From an uncultured Gammaproteobacteria bacterium (GTDB taxonomy: Bacteria; Patescibacteriota; Microgenomatia; UBA8517): DNA of 64,000 nt. Position 1 is the stretch's first letter; each line of letters opens with the position of its first letter. Positions 56,420 to 64,000 of this stretch are shown piece by piece. The stretch is from contig CAZTVZ010000001.1 in NCBI GenBank assembly GCA_964617045.1, positions 24,521 through 88,520 of the forward strand. Reading direction: 5' to 3'. The notes below the pieces were generated by a model. It made no database searches, was not told where the DNA came from, and saw only the letters and a list, made by a program, of their open reading frames with translations. The position numbers and the translations under genes were made by a program.

Positions 56420-56886
56420 TAGGGGCTGGTTACTTTATAATTACACTCAACGTCTGTCCCACAACTATCTATTCCACCATCTCCGTCACAATCGACACCT
56501 GCAAGCTCATCTTCCAAGGCAGTACAAAGAGAGTAGGACGATCCCGTTTCGGAGTAGTATCTGTAAAATCTCCCAGTAGTTGAAATTGGTTCCGAAGGGC
56601 TTACAAAATATTGATTGGAAGACGAACAGCTGGTGGGTGTATCGTCACCGTTAAGTGTTGCCGGCCAATTTGTTGTGTATGTTTCCGCCGGATAATTGCC
56701 ACAGTCGGAATGATATATCTCAAGTCCGGACCTTATCAGCTCAAGATCTGCTTTTCTTCGGGCGTCACGAGAGTCTTTCCTGGCTTCCTGAAGTCCAAAC
56801 ACGGATACAGCCATCAATATTCCGACTATCGAGATAACAACAAGAAGTTCGATTAATGTAAAACCTTTTCTCATGGCAGGGGACAA
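56419..56886 (-). CDS. Type IV pilin paralog 1
   Basis: KG|FTLIELLVVISIVG, conserved RDARRKADL...YP module, Cys-rich variable C-terminus. Confidence 0.75.
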   Translation of the reverse strand: MSPAMRKGFTLIELLVVISIVGILMAVSVFGLQEARKDSRDARRKADLELIRSGLEIYHSDCGNYPAETYTTNWPATLNGDDTPTSCSSSNQYFVSPSEPISTTGRFYRYYSETGSSYSLCTALEDELAGVDCDGDGGIDSCGTDVECNYKVTSP

Positions 56887-57338
56887 GTGCCTCCCGATTG
56901 TTCCTCGGATACATATCCTTCTCCGACTTTTCCATTACTGCAAATTATGTAATGCCTGTCAGAAGTGTTTTCTATTAATGCCCACAAAACATACATTGTT
57001 GCCCCCGGATCTCCGGAATTGTCGACATTAGATTGATAGTTGTAGACAAAAGCATTGTTGGAAACATATTTTACATCTTCAGGGCAACCACTTTGACCCA
57101 AGTCGGTACAGAGAGTGGAGGACGCTCTTGCTGTTACGTTTCTTTTTGGATAAAGTCCTTCGTTTTTATTGGCATAAACCTCAAGCATGTTTTGATATTG
57201 CCTAAGATCCGACTTTCTTTTTGAATCATTTGCCTGTTTTTGTGATCCTCCGAAAGAAACCAGAGACACTGCAGCAAGCACACCAATAATCGATATTACA
57301 ACCAACAATTCTACAAGTGTAAATCCTTTCTTATTCAT
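56871..57338 (-). CDS. Type IV pilin paralog 2
   Basis: KG|FTLVELLVVISIIG, KRKSDL...YP module. Confidence 0.75.
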   Translation of the reverse strand: MNKKGFTLVELLVVISIIGVLAAVSLVSFGGSQKQANDSKRKSDLRQYQNMLEVYANKNEGLYPKRNVTARASSTLCTDLGQSGCPEDVKYVSNNAFVYNYQSNVDNSGDPGATMYVLWALIENTSDRHYIICSNGKVGEGYVSEEQSGGTCPLP

Positions 57339-57805
57339 GGTCTTACTTGATACATAACATCATTTGGACAATCTGTATTTTCAACACCTTTTTCATCGCT
57401 TGGATTTTCCAGACATGCAGTCAACGTATAGCTATCAGCATTGGGATCATAAACATACGAATAGGATTGGTCTGGAAGTGGATCGGCAGGAAGCATGGTC
57501 ATTATTACACGGTTATCGGATGACCACACTTGACCCCATTCGCAATCTGCAAAACCTTGTTGTACACGACCACAACCGTGGATCTTTCCATCGGCAGATG
57601 CCGTCGGATAATAGTTATGATCGTTATAAAAAAGTCTGAGTGCTGTTTGAATGTTCCTTAAATCAGATTTTCTCTGTGCATCTCTTGCACGTTCCCTGGC
57701 CGAATTAAAATTGGCAAGAAGAAGTGCAGAAATTATACCGATAATGGATATAGCAACAAGAAGTTCAATTAGAGTGAATCCTTTTTTCGTGGCAGAATTG
57801 AACAT
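57335..57805 (-). CDS. Type IV pilin paralog 3
   Basis: KG|FTLIELLVAISIIG, RDAQRKSDL...YP module. Confidence 0.75.
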   Translation of the reverse strand: MFNSATKKGFTLIELLVAISIIGIISALLLANFNSARERARDAQRKSDLRNIQTALRLFYNDHNYYPTASADGKIHGCGRVQQGFADCEWGQVWSSDNRVIMTMLPADPLPDQSYSYVYDPNADSYTLTACLENPSDEKGVENTDCPNDVMYQVRP

Positions 57806-57816
57806 AATTTATTATA

Positions 57817-58350
57817 TCAGTCAAAAACTTCAAATACAGTTGTATTGGTCGAAGTTAATCCGTAATTACAGATATTTGTCCCGCCACAAGTAACAACAAC
57901 AGGGTTTATGCAATTGGGGGTGCCACCTTGAACACCGTTCGTTCCTTTAATACAATTTTTATCTTGTTGATTTTCCAGTCGGGCGAAAAGTTTATATTTA
58001 CTCCTCGCAGTGTTTACATAATATTGATATATCGTTGATTCCGAAGGGTCAGATGGAAGAGTTTTGAAATACACCGTTTGACCATCGGTAAAATCGTCAT
58101 AACCCCAGTCACAGTTTCCTTCTGTGGTAGAAGGACATCCAGCAATCATTGTCCCGGAAGCACCAGGATATTGCCTGTGATCCTGATAGTACAATTCAAG
58201 TGCGTTTACAATCTGTTTTAAATCGCTTTTTCTCTGAGCATCCCTTCCTTTCATTTGAGAAGATCGAAAAGCTCCTACTCCAACAACGGCAAGTATTCCA
58301 AGAATTGCAATTACTACAAGTAGCTCAATTAAAGTAAAACCTTTTTTCAT
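57817..58350 (-). CDS. Type IV pilin paralog 4
   Basis: KG|FTLIELLVVIAILG, RDAQRKSDL...YP module. Confidence 0.75.
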   Translation of the reverse strand: MKKGFTLIELLVVIAILGILAVVGVGAFRSSQMKGRDAQRKSDLKQIVNALELYYQDHRQYPGASGTMIAGCPSTTEGNCDWGYDDFTDGQTVYFKTLPSDPSESTIYQYYVNTARSKYKLFARLENQQDKNCIKGTNGVQGGTPNCINPVVVTCGGTNICNYGLTSTNTTVFEVFD

Positions 58351-58964
58351 GGCATCAATTTATTTTCGTACTCTTTCAGGGACATATCAAGCGGAGTGCC
58401 TCTCGAAGCTTTTCCAAAATTGCAGATATCACTACCGCAGGATATGTTTCTTTGCTCGATTTTAGTAGAATAATCTAGAACACTTTTCCCTTCAAAGGAT
58501 CCGAATATTTGATAATGGTCTCCTGTAGAAAAATATCGATAACTTCTTCCCTTCGAAGATTCCATGTCTTGAGGAACATGGGAAAGATATGGTTCTTTTC
58601 CTTCGACGGTAAAATCTTCGAAAACACTTTCTCCCCATATGCACGGAGCAAATGTTTGAAACATCTTTTCCCTGTTTTCCAATGGCCTTCCTGCAAGTAA
58701 ATATTTCATGTCTTCCCTTTCCCAACCTTCAGGTAGGCATGCAATAATTTCTCCTTCATCGGAAGCTAAAGGGTACCTGTCAAAATCATTGTAAAAAGCT
58801 TCAAGTGCCGATTGAACAGCGGTTAGATCGTTTCTTCTTTGGATATCCCTTGCTTTTTCAAGACTAACCAGGTAGTTCCAGTAGGAATAAAAATAAATAC
58901 CTATAAGGATAATGACAAGTCCGACAATTTCTTTTTTGTATTCTTTGAGATTGATCATTCCCAT
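58347..58964 (-). CDS. Pilin-like paralog lacking the prepilin peptidase cleavage motif
   Basis: Has the conserved ARDIQRRNDL...FYNDFDRYP pilin module behind an uncleavable-looking TM (no G-F-T-L-I-E). Confidence 0.5.
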   Translation of the reverse strand: MGMINLKEYKKEIVGLVIILIGIYFYSYWNYLVSLEKARDIQRRNDLTAVQSALEAFYNDFDRYPLASDEGEIIACLPEGWEREDMKYLLAGRPLENREKMFQTFAPCIWGESVFEDFTVEGKEPYLSHVPQDMESSKGRSYRYFSTGDHYQIFGSFEGKSVLDYSTKIEQRNISCGSDICNFGKASRGTPLDMSLKEYENKLMP

Positions 58965-59590
58965 GGTTCACATTCATTTATTGGTTCACCGCTCGAAGGA
59001 GCCGTACACTGAGAGTAGCATGTCTGAGATAGAAAGTTGGGGTCACATTCAGGACCGGGCCTGCTAACATCCCAACCGATAGGAACACAAGAACCGGCTC
59101 GACAACCATAAAAGTCGGATGATGTTATGTTTGCATGAGGGGCATTGGGACTGGAGGTGTAATAATTAAATGCCCCATCGGGACCCAGACCACCCATTAT
59201 GTCCGTGTCAGCGTCATTCTCCAGAGTGGCATAAAGCTTAAACCAATCAGGACAAGTATCGGCATCCGGTATTTCATAAAGATAATCGGATCCTGTTCTG
59301 GGATCACAGGGAATTTTATCAAGGTATGGCCTTAGTCCAGTTCCCGGATTGCAATAGAGAAGATCTCTTGGGGGATAACAATCGTGATCTTTTTCGTATT
59401 CCTCAACGGCTGTTCTGATTTTATGAAGATCAGCTTTTCTTCTTGCGTCAAACCCTTTCCAGATTTGGGTTCGATATGCCCATATGGCAACAACAATCAA
59501 AAGCGCCATAACAACGACAACTATCATTACCTCCATCAAAGTAAAGCCCAATATTCTTTTTTTACTTATTGTGCTTTTTATATTATTCAT
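58955..59590 (-). CDS. Type IV pilin paralog 6 (Cys-rich C-terminal domain)
   Basis: LG|FTLMEVMIVVVV, FDARRKADL...YPP module, 12 Cys in the C-terminal half. Confidence 0.7.
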   Translation of the reverse strand: MNNIKSTISKKRILGFTLMEVMIVVVVMALLIVVAIWAYRTQIWKGFDARRKADLHKIRTAVEEYEKDHDCYPPRDLLYCNPGTGLRPYLDKIPCDPRTGSDYLYEIPDADTCPDWFKLYATLENDADTDIMGGLGPDGAFNYYTSSPNAPHANITSSDFYGCRAGSCVPIGWDVSRPGPECDPNFLSQTCYSQCTAPSSGEPINECEPWE

Positions 59591-60378
59591 AGCGGCATTA
59601 TTAATCTTAACAAAGTATTGCCCCATAGAAAAACCAAGATGAAAGCTGCGACCAAAAATGGCCCAAACGGTATTTCATCTTTCCTTTTGGCCTTTTTCAA
59701 CATCAAGAGAACTATTGCAACGATAGCTCCCAAAATGAACGATAGAAATATCCAGAGTGGGGTATACGGATAACCCAACAATAATCCTATGGGAACCGCC
59801 AGTTTAACGTCTCCCAAACCCATACCCCGTCCTTTTGTTAGTAAATTAATGGATAACAAGAAAAATGACGCTGCGAATGCGCTAACAATATGCAAATAGA
59901 TATTGGAATAATCAAGAATTATAAAAGTTGTAATAATTAGAGTGGATAGAAAAACAATTGTTTCGTCTGGGATAATCTTATTTTCCCAATCAATAATCAA
60001 AATAAGATAACAAAGGAAAAATACAATTAGGGTGAATATTAGGCCCATAAAACCCAATTCGTTTCGAAACAAAGACAGCAGTGCACTGTCGGAGAAATAG
60101 AAAGCCAAATAAGTAGCAACGAAAATAAATCCCGAGAAAACCTCAATCAAAGGATACCTGCAAGAAATCTTTTCTCTGCAAAAGCGACATTTGCCCCACA
60201 GAAATAAATATGAAAGAAGTGGAATATTGTCGTACCACTTTAGTTTTTTGCGGCACTTAGTACATTCGGATCTTTCGGTTTTCCAATTTATACCTCTGGG
60301 AATCCGATAACTAAGTGCCGTGGCAAAGGAACCAAAAATTAATCCTGCCAAAAACAATACCAATAACCAAGTTATCAC
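59587..60378 (-). CDS. pilD: Prepilin peptidase (A24 family)
   Basis: N-terminal CxxC...CxxC zinc motif (CTKCRKK...CRFCRE), 8 TM, catalytic Asp regions. Confidence 0.9.
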   Translation of the reverse strand: MITWLLVLFLAGLIFGSFATALSYRIPRGINWKTERSECTKCRKKLKWYDNIPLLSYLFLWGKCRFCREKISCRYPLIEVFSGFIFVATYLAFYFSDSALLSLFRNELGFMGLIFTLIVFFLCYLILIIDWENKIIPDETIVFLSTLIITTFIILDYSNIYLHIVSAFAASFFLLSINLLTKGRGMGLGDVKLAVPIGLLLGYPYTPLWIFLSFILGAIVAIVLLMLKKAKRKDEIPFGPFLVAAFILVFLWGNTLLRLIMPL

Positions 60379-60379
60379 T

Positions 60380-60979
60380 TTATTCGGGTAAACAGACTAC
60401 ACATGATGTAGCCATATCAGCATATGTTCTAGTCGCACAGTCAGCAACGTTTTCCGTAATTTCGCTATCAGCGATACTTATGGATCTGCTTGCTTTTTTC
60501 TGTTCAGACTTGGATTTTGGTACATAACAAGCGTATACGGATGCAGCAACACCTGCTGTTCCGTCACTCTTTCCAATGTAAAGTAAGTCGTTCCATGCGG
60601 AAGTCGATCTTACAAAATCTCTTTTCGTAAACTCCGTTTTGAGTTCGTTATTGGTAATAAGTAAACCAGGGTCGTTTGGACAACCATTTTGACCCGGTGC
60701 TACATCACATATTCCAATTGTCGTGTCCCTAGCGTCGGTGAAATTAACAGCGTCTTCGTCATCAGTAACCCCGGCTTCATACCAGGGGAAATGTCCGATT
60801 GCCACGTAATATCTATCTATTGCCGCTAAAAGTTGTGATGCGTCCGATTTCATTCTTGAATCCCTTGAACGATTTGCTTGTTCAAGCGGATTAATCGCTG
60901 CTAAAACCGCTGTGGCCAAAACTCCGAGAAGTGCGATAACAATCAAAAGTTCAACTAACGTAAAACCTTTTTTATTCAT
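60380..60979 (-). CDS. pilA: Type IV pilin (candidate major pilin, adjacent to pilC)
   Basis: KG|FTLVELLIVIALLGVLA, strong AAGGAGG Shine-Dalgarno upstream, 199 aa. Confidence 0.8.
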   Translation of the reverse strand: MNKKGFTLVELLIVIALLGVLATAVLAAINPLEQANRSRDSRMKSDASQLLAAIDRYYVAIGHFPWYEAGVTDDEDAVNFTDARDTTIGICDVAPGQNGCPNDPGLLITNNELKTEFTKRDFVRSTSAWNDLLYIGKSDGTAGVAASVYACYVPKSKSEQKKASRSISIADSEITENVADCATRTYADMATSCVVCLPE

Positions 60980-61066
60980 TTTAGGCAGAATTAATTTTGT
61001 TCACCTCCTTTAAATATTAAAACAACTGTAATCAGTATGAAAAATCCCCACTGCTATGTCAATAGC

Positions 61067-62272
61067 TTAGAAACTACTGGTCAAATTATAGATCGGTAAA
61101 ATAATTGCGATAACCAAAAATCCGACACCAAGTCCCAACAAAATCATTACCAACGGTTCAACGGCAGAGGTTAAAGTTTTTACTTTTTCTTCACTCTCTA
61201 TCTCAAAAACATGGCTTACCTTGGAAAGAACTTCTTCCATTTTTCCGGTTTCTTCTCCAACCGCAATCATTTGGGAAAGGATAAACGGAAAAGCTTCGGG
61301 GTGTTTTGAAAACGAATAAGCAATGGGGAATCCTTTTTCTACTTGTTTTGCAGCATCTTTTAAAGCCTCGGATATTACAACGTTATCGGTAACACCGGAT
61401 GTAATTGTTAAACTTTCAAGGATAGAGACTCCAGCACCGGTCATCAAGCTCATTGTTCTTGTAAGTTCCGTAAGCATTACTTCTTTTTGCATCGGCCCGA
61501 TAATAGGAATCTTAAAATAGAGCTCGTCGGTTTTTCTTCTTCCCAAAGGAGTCTTTCTGTATTGAATAAACGCAAACACACCGATTACTCCAATCATCAA
61601 AACAATGGGCCAGAACTTTACTGCGGCATTCGAAATCGTAATTAATATTTTTGTTGCGACAGGAAGGTTGGCATTAAATTCGGTATATAAAGACATTAAT
61701 CGGGGGATAACAAAGATCATCATTACAATCGCAACTGCAACCATACCAATAACGATAATTGCAGGATAAATAAGGGCTCCTTTTACTTTTCCTGAAAATT
61801 CCTGCTGTTTTTCGAGATTGTCCGCAAGTCTATTTAAAACTTGATCGATAACACCTCCCAATTCTCCTGATTTAACAAGAGCAATGTAGGTTGGGGAGAA
61901 TACTTTAGGATGTTTTTGCAAAGCAACCGAAAGAGACTGTCCGCCTTCAACATCGTTAAGAATTTGAGAAACAACTTTTTGCATACCTCCTTTTGTTTGT
62001 GATCTGAGAATAAGAAGTGACTCGGTAATAGGAAGTCCGGCATTAACCATTGTTGCCATTTGTCTTGTAAAAGTAGTAACGTCTCTCCCGGTGATTTTAT
62101 TTCTTAGATTGGTAATTATTGACGCTATGCTCTCTGTCGCGGGGGATACGGAGATTACAACAAGTCCTTTGTCTCTCACCAGTTTTGCGGCAACACTAAT
62201 AGAGGACGCCTCAACTTCACCGGTTACCAACTTTCCCGTTTTATCTTTTGCTTTGTAAAAAAACCTTTTCAT
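61067..62272 (-). CDS. pilC: Type IV pilus platform protein PilC (GspF family)
   Basis: Two GspF repeats, three TM, 401 aa. Confidence 0.9.
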   Translation of the reverse strand: MKRFFYKAKDKTGKLVTGEVEASSISVAAKLVRDKGLVVISVSPATESIASIITNLRNKITGRDVTTFTRQMATMVNAGLPITESLLILRSQTKGGMQKVVSQILNDVEGGQSLSVALQKHPKVFSPTYIALVKSGELGGVIDQVLNRLADNLEKQQEFSGKVKGALIYPAIIVIGMVAVAIVMMIFVIPRLMSLYTEFNANLPVATKILITISNAAVKFWPIVLMIGVIGVFAFIQYRKTPLGRRKTDELYFKIPIIGPMQKEVMLTELTRTMSLMTGAGVSILESLTITSGVTDNVVISEALKDAAKQVEKGFPIAYSFSKHPEAFPFILSQMIAVGEETGKMEEVLSKVSHVFEIESEEKVKTLTSAVEPLVMILLGLGVGFLVIAIILPIYNLTSSF

Positions 62273-62279
62273 TTAAACG

Positions 62280-63353
62280 TTAGTACATTCCGTCTTGAGG
62301 AGAGCGAACAAGTCTGGTAAGTTGCTCGGGCCTCATTGACCAACTTTGGGCTACATCCAAAGAAATTTTACCGGCCTTTACCAGTGCGGCAAGTGAATTC
62401 TCCAGTGTATACATTCCCACTTCTTGTGAGGTTTGGAGTATTGAATCAATTTGATGAGTTTTTCCTTCTCTGATAGCTGTTCTAATTGCTGTCGTTCCAA
62501 GCATTACTTCGGAGGCAACCATTCTTCCACCTGTAATAGATGGTACAAGTCTTTGCGAGAATACCGCCTCAATAACATTTGACAGTTGAAGTCTTACTTG
62601 TCCTTGTTGTTCTTCCGGAAAAACATCGACAATTCTATCAATTGTTTGTGCAGCCGAATTGGTGTGCAATGTTGCCAAAACCAAATGTCCGGTCTCTGCA
62701 ACGGTGAGCGCAGCGGCTATTGTTTCGTAATCTCTCATCTCTCCAACAAGTACAACATCCGGATCCTCACGCAGGGTTGATCTTAGCGCAACCTGCCAAG
62801 AATGAGTATCGGACTTCATTTCCCTTTGAGAAATAATCGACTTTATCGGTTTAAACATAAATTCTATCGGGTCTTCAATGGTAACAATGTGGGCAGCTCT
62901 GTTGTTGTTTATTTCATTGATCATTGAGGCAAGAGTCGTTGATTTACCATGTCCTGTTGGTCCCGTAACAAGAACAAATCCTTGTTTCAGGTTGGTGAAG
63001 TTGTGAATTATTTTGGGTAATCCCAATGCGTCAACTGCTGGTATTTCCAAGGGAATTCTTCTGAATGCCGCCGCAAGGGTCCCTCTTTGGGTATATGCGT
63101 TAACACGGAATCTTGCTTTTTCGGAAAACGCCAAAGAAAAATCGATTTCCTTGTTAACGGTAAGTCTTTCAAGTTGTTCTGAGGTCAAAGCTTCTTTTAA
63201 AAAGGCGGCAACGGAGTCGGGGGTAAGAACTGCTTCGTTGGGTACAGGCATCAGATTTCCTTCGACTCTAATCGTAGGAGCAATACCTGAAATGACATGC
63301 AAGTCCGATGCATTTCTGTCTACTGTTAATTGTAATAATTCTTTTACTCCCAT
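62280..63353 (-). CDS. pilT: Type IV pilus retraction ATPase PilT
   Basis: Walker A GPTGHGKSTT, Asp box, His box (ATLHTNSAA), AIRE(G)-like motif. 357 aa. Confidence 0.9.
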   Translation of the reverse strand: MGVKELLQLTVDRNASDLHVISGIAPTIRVEGNLMPVPNEAVLTPDSVAAFLKEALTSEQLERLTVNKEIDFSLAFSEKARFRVNAYTQRGTLAAAFRRIPLEIPAVDALGLPKIIHNFTNLKQGFVLVTGPTGHGKSTTLASMINEINNNRAAHIVTIEDPIEFMFKPIKSIISQREMKSDTHSWQVALRSTLREDPDVVLVGEMRDYETIAAALTVAETGHLVLATLHTNSAAQTIDRIVDVFPEEQQGQVRLQLSNVIEAVFSQRLVPSITGGRMVASEVMLGTTAIRTAIREGKTHQIDSILQTSQEVGMYTLENSLAALVKAGKISLDVAQSWSMRPEQLTRLVRSPQDGMY

Positions 63354-64000
63354 TATTCTTGAGCAACTCTCAATATTTCTTCTATTGTAGTTGTTCCCTC
63401 CAATACTTTTAAGTATCCGTCCTGCTTCATTGTTATTAGTCCATCCAACTTGGCTTGCTTTTCTATTTCGCTGGCTGGTGATCGTTGCAAAATAAGATTT
63501 TGTACTTTTTCCGTTACCGGAATAACTTCAAATATTCCGACTCTTCCTTGATAACCGGAATTGCCGCAATCCTGATCACCTTGGCCCTTATACAATTGAA
63601 CTTGCTTGTTTTGGGGATAAAAGTTTCCCAGAACCTGCTTCATGTCTTCCAATATCTTTGGATCGGGATTATATGCAACCTTACATTTGTCGTGAATTTT
63701 TCTGACGACCCTTTGTGCAACAATGGCTGTCATTGAAGAGGCAAGAAGATAAGGTTCCGCACCCATATCCAAAAGTCTGGGCAAGGCACCCGATGCATCG
63801 TTGGTGTGAAGCGTAGAAAAAACCAAATGACCCGTTAGTGATGCTTGAATAGCAAGATCCGCTGTCTCTCGGTCACGAATTTCTCCAACAAGAATAATAT
63901 TGGGATCTTGTCTCAAAAAAGCTCTTAATCCGGAAGCGAATGTAAGTCCCGCGGCAGGATTAACTTGCACCTGGTTTACACCTGGCATCTTATATTCGAC
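63353..64000 (-). CDS. pilB: Type IV pilus extension ATPase PilB/GspE, C-terminal part (5' end beyond the window)
   Basis: GspE C-terminal domain: [32 protein letters not shown], and a tetracysteine-like region. Confidence 0.85.
   Translation of the reverse strand, partial: VEYKMPGVNQVQVNPAAGLTFASGLRAFLRQDPNIILVGEIRDRETADLAIQASLTGHLVFSTLHTNDASGALPRLLDMGAEPYLLASSMTAIVAQRVVRKIHDKCKVAYNPDPKILEDMKQVLGNFYPQNKQVQLYKGQGDQDCGNSGYQGRVGIFEVIPVTEKVQNLILQRSPASEIEKQAKLDGLITMKQDGYLKVLEGTTTIEEILRVAQE

Noticed and set aside
1-64000. CRISPR arrays, transposases, integrases, prophage modules
   Set aside because: No direct-repeat/spacer periodicity was seen by eye. No recombinase or transposase-like translations appear in the ORF track. 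The DUF360 'holin-like' genes are not accompanied by phage genes.

Overview
AT-rich, gene-dense bacterial chromosome segment with reduced-genome (CPR/Patescibacteria-like) character. UGA is used as a stop codon, so the genetic code is standard (11). The content, in window order, is listed below.
(1) A glycolytic mini-cluster: PGI/PMI-like C-terminal fragment, ppsA, eno, gpmI.
(2) An unusually consolidated SOS / nucleotide-excision-repair neighbourhood: lexA divergent from uvrB, then uvrA and a short uvrC, with a Y-family polymerase further on.
(3) Two ion exchangers (CaCA and a Kef-type CPA2), ddl, and a secreted GH-A hydrolase.
(4) At least 15 tRNA genes, including a 6-tRNA array.
(5) The conserved thrS-infC-rpmI-rplT-pheS-pheT block, with a Phe-codon leader peptide and mutually exclusive hairpins that form a textbook attenuator.
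(6) pbp1A, tyrS, recG, rpmF, nusB, an ACP-like relic, rnc, rpsP and a KH-domain gene (khpA-like).
(7) A roughly 12 kb monoderm-type type IV pilus locus on the minus strand (pilB partial, pilT, pilC, pilD, seven tandem pilin paralogs, PilX-like and other minor pilins, pilM-N-O), with no secretin.
No CRISPR array, transposase or integrase was recognised. All calls rest on reading the ORF translations and motifs by eye. No database search was run.
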